Positions 40,127 to 53,154 of a stretch of DNA of 64,000 nt are shown here, piece after piece. This DNA is from Octopus vulgaris (lineage: Eukaryota): contig OX597831.1 in NCBI GenBank assembly GCA_951406725.2, forward strand, positions 36,022,001 to 36,086,000, given 5' to 3'. The notes under the pieces were generated by a model, which was not told where the DNA came from, ran no database searches, and saw nothing but the letters and a program-made list of their open reading frames with translations. The stretch's first letter is position 1, and each line of letters starts with the position of its first letter. Both the position numbers and the translations under genes were made by a program.

Positions 40127-40950
40127 TATTCTATTTGGCCAAGAATAGAGAATATAGCAGAAACACAGCTGCTTCGAAAAGAGAAGTAGTAACAAGTATT
40201 TATTATAATCACAAGTAGTTTTAATTTGCAACATGATGTTCCAATGTAAAGTTTATTTGTAATGACAAATCAATGAATCCTTGAATATTTCAACTAACAT
40301 CACAAACATCCCAAATCACATATCAAATTAAATTGCAAAAGCTCACGATAGTGTGGTTAATGTATTTGTCTTTCATTTCCTAATATTGCTAATGAGTATT
40401 TGATGTATCAGTCATCAACAGGTATGCATACTTAGTTCCCTTGCCTACCTAGGTGGAATGAGAGCTGGAAAATATAAACCAAATATATAATAGATCTCTG
40501 ATTTTTCTTCATCAAAGGAGAGAAAAAAGAAAAGAAAACAAAAAACAACACAGTTTTTTTAAAAAACAAGTTTTAAATATTTAACTTCTAATGTCTACAC
40601 AAACTTGGAAAGCAAAACAATTACAATAACAATAACGGTGAAAATAAAATTTAAATAAAATAAAAAAAATTAAAGTAAATGACAATATAAAAGAAAAATA
40701 GACTTTTTGTAAATAAAAAAATATTCTTCCATAGTTTTGAAATTACGGTGTTAGTGAAAAGACTTTTGCCTTTTCTTTATAAAGGAAGCTTTCAGTTCAA
40801 AGTCAGAATACTACTACACACATATTTGTGAATATGATCACCAAATGATTGATATACCATGTATCAGTCATGTATCACACTGACTGATACATGGAGTAGA
40901 TGTAAATGATTATCCTCATCATTTAACACCTCTTTTCCATGCTGGCATGG

Positions 40951-41310
40951 TCACTTGAAGGAAATAGGAAGAATGAGGTGTCTCCCCATGGAGGTTGGAT
41001 GCAGGGCTTTTACAGCCCGTTCCCTGACCAGTGCTTTCAGCAGTTTGGGCATCGAGGGAGTGAAAAGGAGGAAGGGTAGCCACAGTACCACCGATGTGGC
41101 AGAGAAGGCCTCAAGATGGCTGTGGATCACAAGATGAGAGTCATGGGTAGCTAGTTGGCCATCTGGACACAAGCTGGGGTCTGATCAGCTCCAGCTGGGT
41201 CACTTGGAGGAAGGTGTATGATGTTGAAAGACCTGAAAGACCCAATGATACCAGGCACATCACTGAAGATGTGTCCAGATGCATCAGTCATTGATGTATG
41301 CACACAACAG
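40951..41310 (+). pseudogene. 3' end of a Hero-type (R2-group, RLE) non-LTR retrotransposon
   Basis: RCLPMEVGCRAFTARSL...LGI...AEKASRWLWITR* matches the Hero C-terminal EVGCRGF...ASRWLW motif; 3' UTR follows. Confidence 0.8.
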
Positions 41311-41719
41311 TGGATAAATCTAAAGATCACAGGTTCTAACTTTGTCACTGGCAGGCATTGCTGCATATCATGTCAGGCTACATGGTATCAAATTGTAATT
41401 CAATTTGATTGAAAAGTAACTTTATCAGACCAGATGCAAAATATGTCTTCGAAATCTAATGAAAGAAAATTGAAGAATCATCAGCCCATGCTTGAAAAAA
41501 AAGAATGGAAAAGAAAGAAATTTGTTTGAAGCAATGCAATCTGTGAATGATATAAATATTTTTAAGCAGACCTTTAAGCAATTGAGGGCAGAATACATAA
41601 GGACATAAAGTGAGGCCAATAAATTAAAAATACAAGATATTGTATTACCTTTGATGGGTTATTTAACGCTTCTATTATATTTCAAGAAGTGTTCCCTTTA
41701 TCAAATATAAGATAAGAAG

Positions 41720-41881
41720 TTGGTGCAGGAGTGATTGTGTGGTAAGAAGCTTGCTTCCAAATCACATGGTTCCAGGGTTCAGTCTCACTGCGTGGCACCT
41801 TGGGTAAGTGTCTTCTACTATAGCCTTGGAGGTGACCAAAGCCTTGTGAGTGAATCTGGTAGACGGAAATTGAAAGAACCC

Positions 41882-41947
<66 letters not shown>

Positions 41948-42700
41948 ACACACACACATATTTATATAGATAGATAGACATAGATATAGATATAGGGAGA
42001 ACGCATAAAAAAACAAAAGATGAAGACAGGTGGTGTAGACAACATACAGATGTAATAGTATAACGTTCGGGAAGTGAAAAAGTCTTTAACGTTTCAAGCC
42101 TACAGTCTTCCACAGATAAGAACACAGAAAGAAACAAGGAGAGAAAATAAAGAATGTGTAGTGGCTAGTGATCTATCATGGTGAATGCCGGAAAAAAGGA
42201 TCACACAGGAGAGCTAGGGAGAAGGGGAGATAATAAAGTAGTGGTGATCCCGAAACGAAGGTGTGTGCGTATGTATAAGAGTGTTTGTATGTGTGTATAA
42301 GAGAGTTTGTATATATATATATATATATATGGTGGCACATAAAAAGCATTGACTACGTTCGCACTGTGGTTGGCATTAGGAAGAGCATCCAGCTGTAGAA
42401 ACCTTGCCAGATCAGACAGGAGCCAGGTATAGCCTCAGTCACACCGTCCAACCCGTGCCAGCATGGAAAGCGGACGATAAATGATGATGATGACGTATGT
42501 ATTTGTGTCTTTGTTTGTACCCCTCACTGTCGCTTGACAACCGATGTTGGTGTGTTTACATCCCCGTAACAGCATTTTAGTAAAAGAGACTGATAGAATA
42601 AGTATTAGGCTTACAAAGAATAAGGCCGAGGGTCGACTTCTTCGACTAAAGGCAGTGCTCCAGCTTGGCCACAGTCAAAGGAATGAACCAAGTAAAATAA
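41720..42700 (+). mobile_element. SINE A split by a Penelope-like fragment (41995-~42260) and a SINE C (42331-42494)
   Basis: Head at 41720-41890 and 3' half at 42500-42700. Confidence 0.75.
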
Positions 42701-42814
42701 AAATAAAAATACTAATCCAAAATGTTGGAGAAAAAAGTAATTATTAGCAGAATATTTTGGTTTATTTTGACTTATGAGAACAAAGGTTTTAAAAGACAAA
42801 ACTTGAAAAAACAG

Positions 42815-42998
42815 TCCTCCTCCACCACCACCACCACCACCATCACCACCACCACCACCACCTCCTCCTCCTCCTCCTCCTCCTCCTCCACCTCCTCCAT
42901 CTCCTCCACTTCCCCCTCCTCCTACCCTTCGTCACCACCACCACCACCACCACCATATCATCATCTTCATCCTCCTCAACCTCATCACCATTACCACC

Positions 42999-43036
<38 letters not shown>

Positions 43037-43072
43037 TATCATCACTTCTGTTATCCCCTCCATCATTATCAT
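42815..43072. repeat. compound (CCA)/(CCT)/(CAT) microsatellite
   Basis: Seen directly. Confidence 0.95.
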
Positions 43073-43447
43073 TGTTCACATTGTTTTTATTGTATTAAAA
43101 TTCATTCTTCCATAGCCTATTATTATTATTCTTATTTGGCCTAAGGTCAGCACACTGATGAAAGTTATTTCCAGTCTTGATTCCTTCATTTCAGTTTTTT
43201 TCAGGCATCATCTATCAGCTCGAAGTCCTTTCTTTTGTTAATATGGTAGGATGTGATTTGAGAGATGTTCAACTGGTATTTCCAGCAGATTGATTGATTG
43301 CAAAGAAGCTCTCTCTCTCTCTCTCTCTCATCAGTTAAATCAACCAGTATGGCTCTCCTGAAAGTTCACTGACCACTCATATTGCCAAATATATTATTTA
43401 TGTCTTCAACAAGGAAGGAAAGGAAACTCCATTTACCATTTCTCATT

Positions 43448-43591
43448 GGCCTCCAAGACTAGTAAAAGCCATGGAAGAAGTCATGTTCAAGCCTAAAAAA
43501 CCTGGTGCAAATCTAGCAAAGGCCTCCAAGACCAGTAGATGCCATGGAAGAAATCATGTTCAGACCTGAAAAGCTGATGCAAATCTAGCAA
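43448..43591. repeat. 74-bp tandem duplication
   Basis: ggcctccaagac..gccatggaagaa..gcaaatctagcaa occurs twice. Confidence 0.85.
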
Positions 43592-43771
43592 CATGTTTCA
43601 CACCAGAGCTAAGGACACTTGGTGTGAAACTATGTAATGGGAGTTCAACCAAATGTATCTGATACTCCTTTCAGTTATACATTATCTTGTCTTTAAGACA
43701 CAACAAGCCTGTCCAGTGCTCTGATCTCACCTAGCTTTACCTTATCATCCTGGATCTTTCATGACCACAGG

Positions 43772-44124
43772 CAGTGGTGGACTGGGTTTAAAAATATTGG
43801 TTGCCAGGAGACTAAGGCTCACTTGCAACTACAAGGGGGCCTACCTGCAGCTACAATGCTATCATTTAATTTCTTTTTTGCTAAAATTATTCTTTTCAAC
43901 TGTCTACAAACACATCCAGGCTGAGATAATTAATGCATTCTTCCAGGAGTGAATACAAAATTATATCATAATTGAGGGGATGGGCCCCTTAGATACTAAC
44001 ATGGGCCCCTTAGATACTAACATGGGCCCCTTAGATACTAAAATGGGCCCCTATATATGGATTCTAATGGTGCAGGAGCCCACTTGCCATTGGGCAAGCT
44101 GGCAACCTGGCCAGTCCACCACTG
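43772..44124. mobile_element. hAT-type MITE with internal 21-bp tandem repeat
   Basis: 14-bp TIR cagtggtggactgg/ccagtccaccactg; degenerate 8-bp TSD accacagg/attacaga; atgggccccttagatactaa x3. Confidence 0.8.
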
Positions 44125-44386
44125 ATTACAGATACTTAACATTGAGGGCACATGATAATTCTTCACACAGTAAGTGATGCCTATTCACATAACATTTTGG
44201 TACTAAACTAGGAAAACTATCAGAACAGAATATGTTTTCCCTTCATCATATGAAAAAAATAAAAGTGATTAAAAAAAGTAAACAAATTCTAAATAATTAA
44301 CTTTAAACTTCTGCACAAACTTCAAAAGAATATATATAAATAAACAACCAAAAATCTGAAAAAAAAAAATTAAGTAAAACAAATTC

Positions 44387-44483
44387 TTCTGTACATTATT
44401 TACATTATTTACTGGCATATGTTGTAGTGGTTAAGAGCGCAGGCTACTAACTTCAAAATTCCGAGTTCGATTCCAGGCAGTGA

Positions 44484-44545
<62 letters not shown>

Positions 44546-44578
44546 TCGAAAAATACCTTAGGAATGAGAACCCAGGTT
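44387..44578 (+). mobile_element. tRNA-headed Penelope-like element, 3'-truncated (family of 24115)
   Basis: Short inverted tail remnant, tRNA head, (AAT)n and gaaaaataccttaggaatgagaacccaggtt. Confidence 0.75.
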
Positions 44579-45605
44579 TTGTGCTTGTGTGTCTGTGTTT
44601 GTCCCCCTAACATTGCTTGACAACCGATGCTGGTGTGTTTACATCCCCGTAAGTTAGCGGTTCGGCAAAAGAGACTGATAGAATAAGTACTAGGCTTACA
44701 AAGAATAAGTACTGGGGTCGATTTGCTCGACTAAAGGCAGTGCTCCAGCATGGCCACAGTCAAATGCCTGAAACAAGTAAAAGAGTATCCACATGATGGA
44801 CTTCTTTCAGTTCCCGTCTACCAAATCTGCTCAGAAGGCTTTGGCTGGCTCGAGGCTATAGCAGGAGACAAATGCCCAAGGTGTCATGTGGTTGGGAAGC
44901 AAGCTTTTTACCACATAGCCACTTTAGTTTTTTAAGCTGAAATGTTTGGAAAGTTGAGCCAAACAGTAAAAAAATATCCATTGCCAAAATTTCATAGAAA
45001 TTGACAGAATCATTTGCATAATGCCTTATTATTCTGTTAATGTCTCACCATTTTCTTAGATCACATGTACTCTACAGAAATACAGATGATATGCTTATAT
45101 TAACCCAGTAGAATGGAGCAAGTAATTATTGTCTATGTGTGGTATCCCTTTTGTTGGTAATTTTCTAAATGTTATTTTGTTAAAGTGGTGTTTTGATTTT
45201 TTATCACATCAATTGTTCTTCATTGATCGATTTTGCAATTACATCCGGCTTCTGTAGAGTGACACATCTTTTCAATTGTTGTCTATGGCTAAATTGTATT
45301 GATTAGAATCAAACAACAATGTAATGTATTGAGTCCTTGGCATGAAAGCACCAAGCAGTTAATGACACAGTCTGCGTATATGTAAATAAGGCATTATAAA
45401 AAGAGGGTTTGGTTTCCCCAGCTTTAAGATATAGGAGCAGAAGGTAATTAACACACATTTTGTTAGCTTACAGTATTGAGTTAAAATAAAAGGGCCAAGA
45501 AAAATAGAGGTAAAAAGCACTCTTATTTCAACCTGTTAAGGAAGCCTCTGTTAGGTCACTTGAGAAACATAGCAGCCAAATCTCCTTTTTGAGTTATACC
45601 AACTC

Positions 45606-45917
45606 ATAAGGAGCAATGTGAAATGAAGTATTTTTCTCAAGAACACAGTGCATTACCAGGTCCAGGAATTGAAGCCACAATCTTACGATCATGAGTCAAA
45701 CACCCTAACCACCCCATTTCCATGACATATGTATTCCTCACCTGGATGGGATGCCAGTCCATAACAGGATTACTCATTCTTGCCAGCTGAGTGGATTAGA
45801 GCAATGTGAAATGAGGTGTCTTGCTCAAGAACACAACTCATTGCTTGGTCCAGGATTTGAAACCACAATCTTATGATCATGAGTCCAACACCCTAACCAC
45901 TAAGCCATGCACCTCCA
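45606..45917 (-). mobile_element. SINE family E, two copies
   Basis: ggagcaatgtgaaatga..ctcaagaacac..ccctaaccac occurs twice. Confidence 0.75.
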
Positions 45918-46036
45918 CCCAGTAAGACATACTCTGCTATTGTAGCAAAAGGAAGGATACAGTGGATAACATAGTTGAATGTATTCAATATTTGAAAACT
46001 TAATTTTTTAAAATTATTATTGCTGGTTTAAGGATT

Positions 46037-46434
46037 ATTTCTTGATTACGCACAAGGGGCTAAACATAGAGGGGACAAACAAGGACAAACAAAAGGATTA
46101 AGTCAATGACATTGACCCCAGTGCGCAATCAGTACTTTATTTATCGACCTCCGACCTCGGCAGGATTTGAACTCAGAATGTAAAGACAGACGAAATATCT
46201 ATTTCTTTACTACCCAGAAGGGGATAAACACAGAGAGAACAAACAAGGACAGACAAATGGATTAAGTCGATTATATCGACCCTAGTGCATAACTGGTACT
46301 TATTTCATCGACCCCGAAAGGATGAAAGGCAAAGTCGACCTCGACAGAATTTGAACTCAGAACATAAAGACAGACGAAATACCGCTAAGCGTTTCGCCCG
46401 GCATGCTAATGCTTCTGCCAACTCGCCACCCTTA
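46037..46434 (-). mobile_element. SINE family B, dimeric copy
   Basis: As at 22005. Confidence 0.85.
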
Positions 46435-47180
46435 AGGCTGGTTTAAGGATTAACTTTGACTGATTATAGATCAGTCAAAATTGAGACTTACCCAGAGCTA
46501 AATGGCAACAATGAGTACAACAACAGCAACATATGATCATCCATTATCACGATAAGGACATTCTCTGCTTACATTATATATCTCAAATTATTGTTGTGAA
46601 AATAGAAAACTTTCTTCTTTCTCCCAGTAACAACCATGAAAACAACATCTACAAGAGTAACAACAAGAACAATATTTAATAGCAGAACTAATAGACTCTA
46701 AAGGAAATAATCAACATTTGAAGAACATCAAAGCTGTATCTAACAACTGTATTTCATGTAATGACAATATTTTAATCCTTTGAAAATTTATTGGTTTGTT
46801 ATGTTGTAATATTGTTTAAATTTTTATATTTTTATATATTTTAATTTTGTTTTGATTTTACTCATTTTCGATTTGTTATTTCTCAACTTTTGTAACATCC
46901 AGCAGAGAATATATGCACTTTTCTTCAATTGATCTTAGATTTCTATTACTGATTTCTAATATTGATTTTTCTTGTTAAATATTCAATTCAAACAGTATAG
47001 ATATTGATAAAAAACCTAAACACCACCCTTAGAATTGAGAGAATGGTGGACTAAAGGGAATGCCTTACAGTATTTCCTTTTCTCTCTGAGTTCAAACTTT
47101 GTCAGGAGCAACTTTGTTGTTCTCCCAGGGATCAATGAAATAAATACTAATTAAGCACTAATGTTGATTTAATCGACTAC

Positions 47181-47883
47181 AAGCACCATCTGAAAGTGGT
47201 CGATGTCAGTGGCCCCTGACTGGCTCCTGTGCTGGTGGCATGTAAAAAGCACCATTTGAAAGTGGTTGATGCCAGTGGCCCCTGACTGGCTCCTGTGCCG
47301 GTGGCATGTAAAAAGCACCATCTGAAAGTGGTTGATGCCAGTGGCCCCTGACTGGCTCCTGTGCTGGTTGTACGTAAAAAGCACCATCTGAACATGTTCT
47401 ATGCCAGTGGCCCCTGACTGGCTCCCTGTGCTGGTGGCAAGTAAAAAGCACCATCTGAACATGTTCAATGCCAGTGGCCCCTGACTGGCTCCCTGTGTTG
47501 GTGGCAAGTAAAAAGCACCATCTGAACATGGTTGATGCCAGTGGCCCATGACTGGCTCTGTGCCATGGCACATAAAAAGCACCATCAGAATGTGATCGAT
47601 GCCAGTGGCCCCTGACTGGCTCCTGTGCTGTGGCACATAAAAAACACCATCTAACACGGTTGATGCCAGTGGCCCCTGGCTGACTCCTATGCCGGTGGCA
47701 CGTAAAAAGCACCCACTACACTCTTGGAGTGGTCGGTGTTAGGAAAGGCATCCAGCTGTAGAAACCTTGCCCGATCAGACTGGAGCCTGGTGCAGTCTCC
47801 TGGCTTGCCAGTCCTCAGTCAAACCGTCAAACTCATACCAGCATGGAAAGTGGACATTAAACCATGATGGTGATAATGATGAT
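47181..47883 (+). mobile_element. SINE-like family C with eight tandem 64-67 bp internal units
   Basis: Unit starts at about 47181, 47247, 47313, 47379, 47446, 47513, 47577 and 47642, then body and tail. Confidence 0.9.
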
Positions 47884-48117
47884 GTGCCTATGTGAAAGAT
47901 TAATATATATTTTGTGGGACACACAAAATCAACATTTGTGAATAAGAGCCAATGGTGAGGCCTCAACACAGTTACTGCTGGCCCTGTTTGAAACATCAGT
48001 AAAACTTCCTTCATATCACTGTCTTCAAAATGAAAGAACACATTGGAGAGATAAGCTATATTTACAAAAAAAAAAGATGATTTGGTGGCAAATGAGGAAT
48101 GGTCTTTTATCAAGGGC

Positions 48118-48981
48118 TGTTCTATATTTTTGAACTGAGGAATTCTGTACATTATTTACATAATTAACATTGGATGGATATGTGTCCTTATCTTGTTTGT
48201 TGTTACCACAACATTTCGACTGATTTACTCCCCAGCCTTCAACAGGTGTCCTGGTAGAATTTTGAACTCAAACCTGGCTTCTCATTCCTAAGGTATTTTT
48301 TTGATGATGTTATTATTATTATTATTATTATTATTAATATTATTATTATTATTATTATTCTATGTTTGACTTTTGCTTTACATTTGTTCAAGTTGGCTCC
48401 AAGTCTCACCCAGAGACCTCAAGAGACAACAAGTGGGAAGTTGATGCTGGTGTTATGCCTAGGGTGCCATATAATTGGTTGTCTAAAAAAACCATACGAA
48501 AATTATGTTTGTTTTAAAACTTGAGATTACATAGAAAGTATTTTGCGTAGGATATGAGCAGTTCCCATGAGCACTATCTTTATTATTATTACTATATTCA
48601 TCATCATCATTATTATTATTATATTTTAAAAAGGATTGATGTAACTCTTCACAAAGATAAACAGTCAAGACGAAGAGCACAATTCCATTGTAATAGATAT
48701 TTTTTAGGTTGAATGATATTTCAACAGTAAGCCTGTCTTTGTTGAATTTCAAAATAAGAAGTGATAAAAGTTCAAAATTATAGAAATTTAAATGTAAAGT
48801 CTGAATGAGAGCAACCAACATCCACACATTGATGGAATGACATTATCAGTCTTTAAGTTCCAAAGAAAGAGACAGAAAAAAGAAGACAGAAAAAAGAACT
48901 TGACAATGACAGTCTTAATGTCAAAATATCATTCAACTAATAAAATGTCTATTACAATTGAATCACGCTCTTCGTCTTGAC

Positions 48982-49030
<49 letters not shown>

Positions 49031-49108
49031 TATTCAATGCACTGCCTGGAATTGAATTCACAGTCTTGGGGTTAGTACCTGCGCTCCTTACCATTATGCT
49101 ATATGCCT
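48118..49108 (-). mobile_element. tRNA-headed hammerhead element, split by insertions in its (AAT)n
   Basis: Tail and degenerate hammerhead at 48118-48300; tRNA head at 49030-49108. Confidence 0.65.
48664..48982. mobile_element. MITE/foldback with ~80 bp imperfect inverted ends
   Basis: agtcaagacgaagagc... / ...gctcttcgtcttgact. Confidence 0.7.
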
Positions 49109-49867
49109 AGGATTGGTTAGTTGGTGCAATCCTGAATCTCAGAAATAATAGCATCATTCACACTCATTAAGGTGGCAATCATTAGATCATCATTAGCACA
49201 TCAGGCAACATGCTTATTAGCATTTTGTCTCTTCTTATGTCCCGAGTTCAAATTCTGTCAATTCAGCTTTGTCTTTTGGGGGTTGATGAAATAAGTACCA
49301 GTTACACTCTGGGGTTGATATAATTGACTAGCCCCTTTCCTTACAATTTCAGGCCTTAGCACCATTTGAGCGTGGCCGATGTCAGTACTACCTCCTGACT
49401 GGCCCTTGTGCCAGTGGCACATAAAAGCACCTACTACACTCTCGGAGTGGTTGGCGTTAGGAAGGGCATCTAGCTGTAGAAACTCTGCCAGATAAGGTTG
49501 GAAACTGGTGCAGCCTTCTGGCTCGCCAGCCCTCAGTCAAACCGTCAAACCCATGCCAGCATGGAAAGCGGACATTAAACGATGTTGATGATGATGATGA
49601 TATGTCTGTAGTAGAAATGATTATTCACAATCCTTAAGGCAGCAGGCTGGCAGAGTCATTAGCACACCAGGCAAAATGCCAAGTGGTGTTTTGTGCATCC
49701 TTATGTTCTGAGTTCAAATTACATCAAGGTCGGCTTTGACTTTCATTCTTTCAGGGTCGTTAAAATAAGTACCAGTTGACTAGCCCCTTACCCTAAAATT
49801 TCAGGCCTTTTTCCTATAGCAGAAAGGATTATTCACACTCCTTCCATTCATCCATCTCCTTCACTAG

Positions 49868-49905
<38 letters not shown>

Positions 49906-50249
49906 TACACACAATCATACATTCATGATTCAATGTCTTGCTAAAATAATATAATACTTGTTATGAATATATAAAAAAGGGCTGACATAAATATGTATAT
50001 ATACATGTTTATTAAACCTCAACATACTTTTCATTAAAACCCATTGCAACTTAGCATTGGTCTCACAGCTTTTGGCAAATGAGAAATCAGTCTCCTCCTG
50101 GTTAGGCTGCTAGTCTACAACAGGTATCATCTTGCTTGATGCTTTTTCTGAGAACTGACCCCTATTACAACAGTGAAGTTAGCTGAGCCCCTCTTCCATA
50201 ATGCAACAGTTATGTTAACTGATTGAGTGTGGGCTCAAAAATGTTTTCC

Positions 50250-50645
50250 TTTATTCTCTTATTTGTTTCAGTCATTTGACTGCAGCCATGCTGGAGCACC
50301 ACCTATAGTCAAACAAACTGATCCCAGGACTTATTCTTTGTAAGCCTAGTACTTATTCTATTGGTCTCTTTTTGCTGAACCACTAAGTGATGGGGACGTA
50401 AACACACCAGCATCAGTTGTCAAGTGATGTTGATGGGGACAAACACAGACGCAAATAACAAATACGTGCATACATATATATACAGATATATATACAACAG
50501 GCTTCTTTCAGTTTCTGTCTACCAAATCCACTCACAAGGCTTTGGTCGGCCAGAGGCTATAGCAGAAGACACTTGCCTAAGTGGGACTGAACCCAGAACC
50601 ATGTGGTTGGAAAGCAAGCTCCTTACTACACAGCCACTCCTGTGA
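50250..50645 (-). mobile_element. SINE family A
   Basis: Full structure. Confidence 0.85.
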
Positions 50646-50683
50646 CTATTATTTTCAAATATATAAATGGAATTTTATTTAAC

Positions 50684-50996
50684 CCTTTAGCATTGAAACC
50701 AGCCAAAACATTTCGTGTTTTATGCTCCAGCTGGCCAAATCCAACTTCTTATATTTAGACAACAATGTAATTTGAATAATAAACATTCAAGCCAATGAAA
50801 TCTTGAACTATGACATAATGCATGGTTAATTGGCTTTCACCCAGGTGGCACAGGTTTTATTCCTGGCAGAGGAACACCTTCTTGTCCAACCCATGCCAGC
50901 ATGGAAAACAGACGTTAAATGATGATGATGATGATAATGATGATAATGTGAAGAAATAAGCATTACATTTGATAGAATAATCAGAATGCTAAGGGG
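50684..50996. mobile_element. piggyBac-like MITE
   Basis: TTAA-ccctttagcatt ... aatgctaagggg-TTAA; a related end lies at ~29930-30042. Confidence 0.75.
50831..50875 (+). pseudogene. 3' half of a tRNA-Glu(TTC)-like sequence fused to an RTE-type tail
   Basis: tggctttcacccaggtggcacaggttttattcctggcagaggaa versus tRNA-Glu TGGTTTTCACCCAGGCGGCCCGGGTTCGACTCCCGGTATGGGAA. Confidence 0.6.
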
Positions 50997-51611
50997 TTAA
51001 GTAACTTGAACTCAAACCCTGTAAACTAGTTAAATAGGGGGATGAAATCCCCAAACAAAATATGATACAATATCTATTTGACGATTTCAAAAAGATGTTG
51101 ATGGCGATGACGAAGATGATATGATGAGCAAGGAGGTTGAGAGCATAATGATGCGTGAAAACCAATCACTTGACAATTGGTGCTTTCATATTTACATAAC
51201 AACCGAGAAAAAACAACAAAAAACAATAAAACTAAAATAAAAAAAAAATTAAATATGTCACAGATAAAATATGGAGATCATTACTAGTTTTTTTTTTTTT
51301 CTTTGGCTTTTGTCTTTAGAATAACTTTTAGAGCAAAGCACACTGTTTAAAACTTAAACTGTTTTTCTTAGAGAAAAAAAACATAGGAAAAAATATCCTG
51401 AAAAAAATAATAAATGCAAAACTAAAACAAACCATTACTATCTTTGACTGAAATAAGCTCAGACAAACCAGTAAACAAATCACATACAATTGTTACTTCT
51501 AAAGAATTGTAGCATTTATTACCTCTTTTCAATATTTTTTTTTTCATGTTTTAGTTTATATTCTATTATATATTGGCTATGATGATGATGATGATGATGA
51601 TAATAAGGATA

Positions 51612-51642
<31 letters not shown>

Positions 51643-51835
51643 GATGCACGAAGAATAAAATACAATTTATAGCAAAAATTCAGTTCAGTAAAATCTTTTG
51701 TTCAGTGATTGTAGTTGTGGGTCAATATATATGTATATAGACACACAGACTTATGTATGTATGTATGTATGTACGTATGTATGTATGTATGTATGTATGT
51801 ATGTATGTATGTATGTATGTATGTATGTATGTATG

Positions 51836-51873
<38 letters not shown>

Positions 51874-52354
51874 AGTATGTATGTATGTGTGTTTTTTTTG
51901 TGTGTTCCATAGAAGGGCATGAGTACATATGTATATGTGTCCACATCTATATAAATGTATATATATATATATATATATATGCACATATATACATGTGTGT
52001 GTGTTGTTGCACACTCACAGGCATACAAACTTACTCATACACGTGTGTGTATGTGTATCGGTGTGCATGCGTGCACAGTAAAAAAAGGAAAAAAATAGAA
52101 TTTATTGTCGAAATTTGCTACTGGCTGATAAAATAAGAAATGTAAATATACAGTTAACTTGTGTGACTAAGATATTTAAAATGAAATATATTGTACTGCA
52201 ACACACACATCTACAACATATATGTATGTTTGTGTGTGTATATATATATATATTTATATTTATATATATATATATATATAAATATATATATAAATATATA
52301 TATATACATGTACCTATCTTATGTACATTTAAATATATGTAATATGTATGTGTG

Positions 52355-52395
<41 letters not shown>

Positions 52396-53154
52396 ATATA
52401 AAAAATATATATATATATTTCTATATATATGGATAGATATATTATAAATATAAATATATTATATGTATGGATGGATGGTTGGATAGATGTACATATGAAA
52501 TATAGCATTTTTTTTTAAAGATAACCATGTAACTTGAATTTTTACACTAAAAAGTAAATATGCTTAAGAATTATGAGTTTGAAATGTCTGTAGTTTAAGG
52601 CATTATACTTAAGCTTAATTTATCGAGATATCTACGATAAGTAGAAGAATTGTCTGGGGAGAAAAATTCAATGTATAAATTAGGTCTTATCCATTATGTG
52701 CAGCAGTAAAGCAAAAAAAAAAAAAGAAAAACAGAATTGTGATGCCGAAATGCTAGTTTATTGACACGATGAGAATAATAAAGAAGAAAAAGAAATTCCT
52801 TCTTCCTTTGTTTAGTTTTATACCCACTTTATCATGTTTAGTAAGCAGACAAGATTACGGTGTCTGAAATATTTATAGTTACTGCTTTTGAAGAACAAAC
52901 ACAAAGATCATGAGTTAATGTTCTTTAAAGCTATTGAATACGTTAACACGGAGAGGTTACTGTGGTAACAAAATGAAATTGTGTCCCTCTATGGCAATCA
53001 GATTTATCATAACAACGGAGATGTTGTCATTGCTATTTAGTTTCAAACCAGTCCTGATTAAATAGATGAAAGATATGGCCAAAGGTGAGGTTTCACAACT
53101 AAGTATTTAGATATATTTTCTTCAGGTATTCTGTAATTTGGACTATTTTGTTTA

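Noticed and set aside
42722-43144. Thr/Ser/Pro/His-rich ORF
   Set aside because: Compound trinucleotide microsatellite.
47169-47712. CRISPR-like or repeat-protein reading of the 66-bp array
   Set aside because: Units are contiguous with no unique spacers, there are no cas genes, and the array is internal to a retroelement.
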